DNA of 64,000 nt from Candidatus Woesearchaeota archaeon (GTDB lineage: Archaea; Nanobdellota; Nanobdellia; Pacearchaeales; GW2011-AR1): positions 11,369 to 75,368 of the forward strand of contig CAYPFA010000004.1 in NCBI GenBank assembly GCA_964410025.1, given 5' to 3'. The translations under genes and the position numbers were made by a program. The first letter of the stretch is position 1, and every line of letters starts with the position of its first letter. Of the stretch, positions 59,649-64,000 are shown piece by piece. Below the pieces are notes generated by a model. The model was given only the letters and a program-made list of their open reading frames with translations. It searched no databases and had not been told where the DNA came from.

Positions 59649-59987
59649 TTATTGATTAGCAGCATTAATTCTTTCTCTTAATATTGATTCCTGTCTCTCT
59701 CGTTTTTGATGCTCATATTCAACTATTTTAGGAATTTCTTTTAATGGAAAAATGTCCACTTTATGTATATATCCATAATCACGATAAAGCTGATCCACTA
59801 CAAGTAAACCATGAGTTAGCTTATCAATAATTATTCTTCTTATGGCTTCATCATCTCTTCTTTTTTCTTCATATTCTAGTGTCTTCATAGCGTATTCAAA
59901 AAGCCAGGCCTTATACTTATCTTTATCAATAGAAATTTTTCGTGATGTTAATTCATTAAGTAAATTATCAATTGATTTGTCTTTCAT
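59649..59987 (-). CDS. Hypothetical protein
   Basis: 112 aa ORF. Confidence 0.5.
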   Translation of the reverse strand: MKDKSIDNLLNELTSRKISIDKDKYKAWLFEYAMKTLEYEEKRRDDEAIRRIIIDKLTHGLLVVDQLYRDYGYIHKVDIFPLKEIPKIVEYEHQKRERQESILRERINAANQ

Positions 59988-60109
59988 TTCTTAGGATGAT
60001 TTTTTGAATGAAGTTTTAATTTCATAAAATTCCCAGAAATAATATGTTTAAATTCTTTTGCATTATTAAAAAGAAACAATCCTCCTAAAAAATTAAAGGA
60101 GGAATAATA

Positions 60110-60162
60110 AAAACCCGCAAGGGGTCCCTGAGTCAGCCACTAGCAGAAGCTCGAAATGCTAG
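60110..60162. repeat. Repeat family B copy (intergenic), overlapping a terminator-like hairpin of the SIMPL gene
   Basis: GTCCCTGAGTCAGCCACTAGCAGAAGCTC; ACCC-GCAAG-GGGT and CTAGCA/TGCTAG stems. Confidence 0.65.
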
Positions 60163-60166
60163 CAGA

Positions 60167-60916
60167 TTAGTTTATTTTGTAGCTTACAGAAACTTGTGCA
60201 GTTATTGTTTGCTCGCTTGGTTGTATAGATGTTGCTGATTTTGCCATTGCTACATTTTCAGTTGCACTAGCTCCTACAGCATAATCGTAAACTCTCCAAG
60301 GATTATAGTTGAAGCTCGAATCAGTCATAGAAACAAGTTTTCCTAAACTCTTTCCTTGTCCAGAAACCATTGCTTCAGCCTTAAGCTTAGCATCTTCTGA
60401 TGCCAGTTTTATTGCATTAGCTTTGTATTGATTCTCAAGTTCTTGGCTTAATTCAAAATTTATATAACTCAGAGTTGCGCCGGCATTTATTCCTGCGTCG
60501 ATGGCTTTTCCAATCTGATCAGTTTGAACAGTTGACATTTTTACAACAATCGATTGAACAGCTTTCCATCCTTTCGATGTTTGTTTTCCGTAACTCCAAT
60601 CAAAATCTTCATAGATTTGATAGTTTTGTGTTTGAATATCTTTTCTTTCAAACCCTTGTTTTACCAAAGCTGTGATTACCGCATCTGTAACTTCAGAATT
60701 GGCTGCATGTGCTGTTTTAGAATCGTTTCCTTTTGTCTCGACGTTAAAATACAAACCAACTTTATCTGGGGCTGCAGAAATTTCTGCCATACCATCTGCT
60801 GTTATAATATTCGTTTGAGCATTCGGTGATAGCTGAAATGCTGTGTAAACACCGATTAGCGCAAGCAAAATTAAAGTTCCTGCAACAATTAATGTTATGT
60901 TTATTGATTTTTCCAT
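60167..60916 (-). CDS. SIMPL/DUF541 domain protein
   Basis: 'G.AEISAAPD', 'DIQTQNY', 'AGATLSYINFELS', 'IQPSEQTITAQVSVSY'; SD GGAGGT upstream. Confidence 0.92.
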   Translation of the reverse strand: MEKSINITLIVAGTLILLALIGVYTAFQLSPNAQTNIITADGMAEISAAPDKVGLYFNVETKGNDSKTAHAANSEVTDAVITALVKQGFERKDIQTQNYQIYEDFDWSYGKQTSKGWKAVQSIVVKMSTVQTDQIGKAIDAGINAGATLSYINFELSQELENQYKANAIKLASEDAKLKAEAMVSGQGKSLGKLVSMTDSSFNYNPWRVYDYAVGASATENVAMAKSATSIQPSEQTITAQVSVSYKIN

Positions 60917-60947
60917 TATTTAACCTCCTGTTTGGATTTAGTTGAAA

Positions 60948-61034
60948 TCATTTTGAGTTCTTTTTCTTTACAAAAGAAAAATTTCTTTAAACCAAAAGAA
61001 ACACTCTTGTCAAAAATTGCTTCGCTCATTTTGA
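60948..61034. repeat. 9-bp direct repeat flanking a 69-bp hairpin-rich insert
   Basis: TCATTTTGA at 60948-60956 and 61026-61034; insert has GCGAAGC (minus strand) and two TTTCTT/AAGAAA hairpins. Confidence 0.55.
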
Positions 61035-61619
61035 AAATCTCCTCTCATAAATATAACTAAATATGAAAAATAAAATTATACCGGACCAAATTCCAATTAA
61101 AAACCATTCCCAGCCAGCAAGTCCGGAGGAAGTAGGAATTAGTTGAGTTACGCCTGCGGGAGCCAAATCGGAAGCAATTGATTTTGTCATTAATGCTGGT
61201 GCGGACTCTTGAACTAAATTTGTTGCTATGTCTTGAGAGGCACCAATTTCTATAAATTTTTTAACTCCAAATGATAATGCTCCTCCAAAAATCAGCAACG
61301 GCAAAAGTAGAACTTTCGATGAAAATTTTCGTGGAGAAATAATTATTTGCCTATTGGAAACTTTATAGGATGGCATTTTTTTGCCTTTTGTAGACCACCA
61401 ATGACTTGATGATTCTATTAAACTTGCCTTGATTAATTTCTTTATATTATAATCAACGGTATTAAGAGAAATTTTTAGTTTTTGAGAAATCTCGGTTTCT
61501 GTATATTCTTTTTCAGCTAAAAGATTTAAAATTTTTTTACAAGTTTCATTTCCTAAAACTTCTATAATATTTTTTGAGTTTTCATCATTCAAAGAAATAT
61601 TGATTGTTGTTTCTTCCAT
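61026..61619 (-). CDS. ArsR-like winged-HTH regulator with two TM helices
   Basis: 'LGNETCKKILNLL...TETEISQKLKISLNTVDYNIKKL..ASLIE...WSTKGK'; two hydrophobic segments. Confidence 0.8.
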   Translation of the reverse strand: MEETTINISLNDENSKNIIEVLGNETCKKILNLLAEKEYTETEISQKLKISLNTVDYNIKKLIKASLIESSSHWWSTKGKKMPSYKVSNRQIIISPRKFSSKVLLLPLLIFGGALSFGVKKFIEIGASQDIATNLVQESAPALMTKSIASDLAPAGVTQLIPTSSGLAGWEWFLIGIWSGIILFFIFSYIYERRFSK

Positions 61620-61641
61620 ATTTTATCTAGAAGAAACTTAT

Positions 61642-62049
61642 TTATAAATGCCTCGATAGCTCCAAGTGAGATTGGAGCGATGAATAGTTTTCGCCTCTTA
61701 AAAAATTTCTTGTTAATGTGTCTTGGTAGAAATATTCTGCATTTTTTCTAAACATGGAAGCAAGATTTTTTCTATCTATATATCTCTGAAAACTCTCATT
61801 AGCTGAAAAATGGTGCCAATCTTCTACCATCGCATTGTTTGTGTTCAGAACTAATGATTCTCTTACCTTGCCAGGCAGAACGGATTTTAATTCATCTATA
61901 TTAGGCAATCTCTGATTTGAGGGATTTAGCCAGGCGCTAAAGTAGTAATCTAGAGTTTTTGCTCCCTCCAAGTCTATTTCTTTAACCGGAAGTCCTGAGA
62001 GCTTGCTAGTTCTTTTTAGTATATTTCTGTTTTTTAGATATTTTATCAT
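61642..62049 (-). CDS. Hypothetical protein
   Basis: 135 aa ORF with TTTATAAA upstream. Confidence 0.5.
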   Translation of the reverse strand: MIKYLKNRNILKRTSKLSGLPVKEIDLEGAKTLDYYFSAWLNPSNQRLPNIDELKSVLPGKVRESLVLNTNNAMVEDWHHFSANESFQRYIDRKNLASMFRKNAEYFYQDTLTRNFLRGENYSSLQSHLELSRHL

Positions 62050-62242
62050 AGAAGAAATTTATGTAAGAGATTTATAAAAGTTTGTTAAAAATTCTCTTTT
62101 AAATCCTTATATTCACTTTAAAATAGCTATGACTATTTTCTAGTTGGACAGTATATAAACAGAATTGGTGTGAGAAATATATCTTGATTTTAGTTGTCTA
62201 TATTTAAAGAAAAGCGTATAAGATATTTTAAAGGAGGTGTAA

Positions 62243-62318
62243 ACGATTCGCTTTCGAGAGATAATTGCGAAGCAATAAAAATTTTCGCAAAAGGATTTTA
62301 CGAATGCAAATCGTGAGA
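62243..62318 (+). repeat. Structured repeat family A, copy 2
   Basis: ACGATTCGCTTTCG...CGAATGCAAATCGT GAGA; inner TTGCGAAGCAA hairpin. Confidence 0.7.
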
Positions 62319-62322
62319 AAAA

Positions 62323-62475
62323 ATGGAAATGTTCATAGACAGAAAATACGACGATTTAAAGTCTGATGGCAGAACTCGGGTTTCAGATGAATCCATGAGA
62401 AGAATTGCAGGACTCTATCCGGAAGCTGTTTGGCATAGAGAAAGTGAAGATTCCTGGAGAATTGTTGTGGAATGA
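62323..62475 (+). CDS. Small hypothetical protein (50 aa, not in ORF track)
   Basis: MEMFIDRKYDDLKSDGRTRVSDESMRRIAGLYPEAVWHRESEDSWRIVVE*; strong SD AAGGAGGTG upstream of the repeat; T-tract after the stop. Confidence 0.55.
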   Translation: MEMFIDRKYDDLKSDGRTRVSDESMRRIAGLYPEAVWHRESEDSWRIVVE

Positions 62476-62563
62476 AGCAACATTTATTTTTTTATTTTTT
62501 TTAGATTTTAATTTTTCCTTTAACCGCAGGTTTCGTAAAATTAAAACAACAATTAATAAAAAT

Positions 62564-63409
62564 TTAGATTTTAATTTTTCCTTCTTGCCAGTCTCTCAAA
62601 ATCAGACGAGCTGCTCGGTCTTCGTCAACAACTCCGCCCTTTATTAGAAGTTTTTTTGTCTCACCAATGTGTTGAATTAAAGCGTCTGGATTTCCCTCAG
62701 CCTTAAAACCATAGTGTCTATCAAAAGCCTCTGGGTATTCCGAAAGGATTCTGCCCACAACAAATTCTGGATTCTTTACCTTACTATAATCTCTTGCGTT
62801 AAGTTTCGCGTGCTGGCTAATAAATTCCATTTTTTGATGAGAATATTCTGCATTAGGAATTACTCCCGGAGTATCAAGAATAACAATGTCAGTACTAAAT
62901 TTAATTTTTTGAATTCCCTTTGTAAAACCAGCCTCTCTTCCAACTCCTGCTGAAGATTTACCAGTTAGAACGTTTATCATGGAAGATTTACCTGTATTCG
63001 GATAGCCAATAATTCCAACCTGAACTCTTTTCATTCCCTCTGCTGGAAGTCTAACTTTCTTTGCTGCGATTTTAATTTTTTCTCTTAGGTTTCCTACACC
63101 CACTCTCTTCAGGGATGAAACAAAAACATAGGGATAAAGTCCGAGTGTTTTAATCTCTTCTTTTTTTGATTCAATATCGACTAGATCACATTTATTAAGA
63201 ACATAAATTATTTTTTTATCCTGCATTTTAATTGCTTCTTCAAGTTCCATATTTCTAGTTTCGGTTAAAAATCTTGCGTCTAAAACTTCTAGGATTATAT
63301 CTGAAATTTTAACGATTTCGTCAACTATGGCTGGGTATTTTCTTCTTTGCTTCTCTATGTGTGCTATATTTCCAGTCTTTCTTGATGAAAACGAATATCG
63401 TACTCTCAT
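62564..63409 (-). CDS. Circularly permuted GTPase (RbgA/YlqF family)
   Basis: 'EVLDAR', G4 NKCD before G1 'GYPNTGKSS', 'GFTKG', 'DTPG'. Confidence 0.93.
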   Translation of the reverse strand: MRVRYSFSSRKTGNIAHIEKQRRKYPAIVDEIVKISDIILEVLDARFLTETRNMELEEAIKMQDKKIIYVLNKCDLVDIESKKEEIKTLGLYPYVFVSSLKRVGVGNLREKIKIAAKKVRLPAEGMKRVQVGIIGYPNTGKSSMINVLTGKSSAGVGREAGFTKGIQKIKFSTDIVILDTPGVIPNAEYSHQKMEFISQHAKLNARDYSKVKNPEFVVGRILSEYPEAFDRHYGFKAEGNPDALIQHIGETKKLLIKGGVVDEDRAARLILRDWQEGKIKI

Positions 63410-63486
63410 AAATATAAAAGTCGTTGGGGGTTATTAAAGATAACGAAAGACAATAATGCTTAAAATGGTATAATCTCTGTAAATTT

Positions 63487-63993
63487 ATGGGAATTATATA
63501 TGTAAAAAAATGTCTAGGAAAAGATGAGCAAGAAATCAATATTTATAAATTTAGAACCATGAAACCCCAGGCAGACAGGGAATTTGGAGCTCTTGTGAGC
63601 TCCGGTGCGCGGTTTGATAGCTATGGGAAGATGATTGATGATCCTAGAATTCCTAATGGGCTTCATCGGTTTATGAGACAGCACTGGATTGATGAACTTC
63701 CGCAACTATATAATTTGGCCAGAGGTGACATCAAGCTCGTTGGAATACGGCCGATGATACGAAAAGAGTGGGAGAGGAATTACTCTCGTGAACTAATGAT
63801 TAGGGCACTAAAACAAAAACCAGGATTGTTTGGAATTCAGTATGCTTTTGAAAAAACTGATAATTTTCCAGATAAAGTTAAATGTATGGAAAAATATCTG
63901 GATGACTTTGGTAAAAATCCCGCACAATGCGATACTGAATATTTGGGAATAATTCTGAAAAATATAATTTTAAATGGTAATAGGAGTAGTTAG
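63487..63993 (+). CDS. Bacterial sugar transferase (phosphoglycosyl transferase) catalytic domain
   Basis: 'IYKFRTM', 'DDPRI', 'IDELPQLYNLARGDIKLVGIRP', 'KPGLFG'. Confidence 0.88.
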   Translation: MGIIYVKKCLGKDEQEINIYKFRTMKPQADREFGALVSSGARFDSYGKMIDDPRIPNGLHRFMRQHWIDELPQLYNLARGDIKLVGIRPMIRKEWERNYSRELMIRALKQKPGLFGIQYAFEKTDNFPDKVKCMEKYLDDFGKNPAQCDTEYLGIILKNIILNGNRSS

Positions 63994-64000
63994 CGAAATC

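Noticed and set aside
60110-60165. Hammerhead or other known ribozyme/riboswitch in repeat family B
   Set aside because: CTGAGTCA...GAAA does not match the CUGANGA core, and I could not fit any known consensus by eye.
62405-62647. 80-aa ORF from the track
   Set aside because: TTG start, runs through a T-tract and into the GTPase gene; the 62323-62475 frame fits better.
498-63705. Numerous short antisense or overlapping ORFs in the track
   Set aside because: They lie within well-supported genes on the other strand or frame and have no motifs or promoters.
1-64000. CRISPR array, cas genes, rRNA, transposase or provirus
   Set aside because: No regularly spaced repeats or recognisable genes of these kinds were seen.

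Overview
AT-rich, gene-dense archaeal chromosome segment. Archaeal informational genes (aIF-2gamma, aIF-1A, eS6, archaeal GluRS, Elp3, Dim2/Pno1, FtsZ, an intron-containing tRNA) occur alongside bacterial-type genes (GyrA/GyrB, MetK, MnmA, YqhG/YqhH). This suggests a DPANN archaeon, probably Pacearchaeota/Woesearchaeota-like (inference). Conserved gene pairs are separated by many small single-gene insertions, mostly with a TATA box 22 nt before a leaderless ATG. The most notable observations are: (1) a 'tRNA-in-a-tRNA' cassette at 43142-44222, where an HTH + PD-(D/E)XK-like nuclease gene and an intact tRNA-Asn(GTT) sit between the 5' and 3' remnants of a second tRNA whose acceptor stem differs by two exactly compensatory base pairs; (2) two families of short structured repeats, one with covarying stems and one inserted in-frame in GluRS and a methyltransferase, several of them flanked by variable-length direct repeats; (3) a perfect 20-bp palindrome between metK and a divergent HTH-CBS regulator, a candidate SAM-sensing circuit. 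All calls come from motif recognition by eye; no database searches were run.
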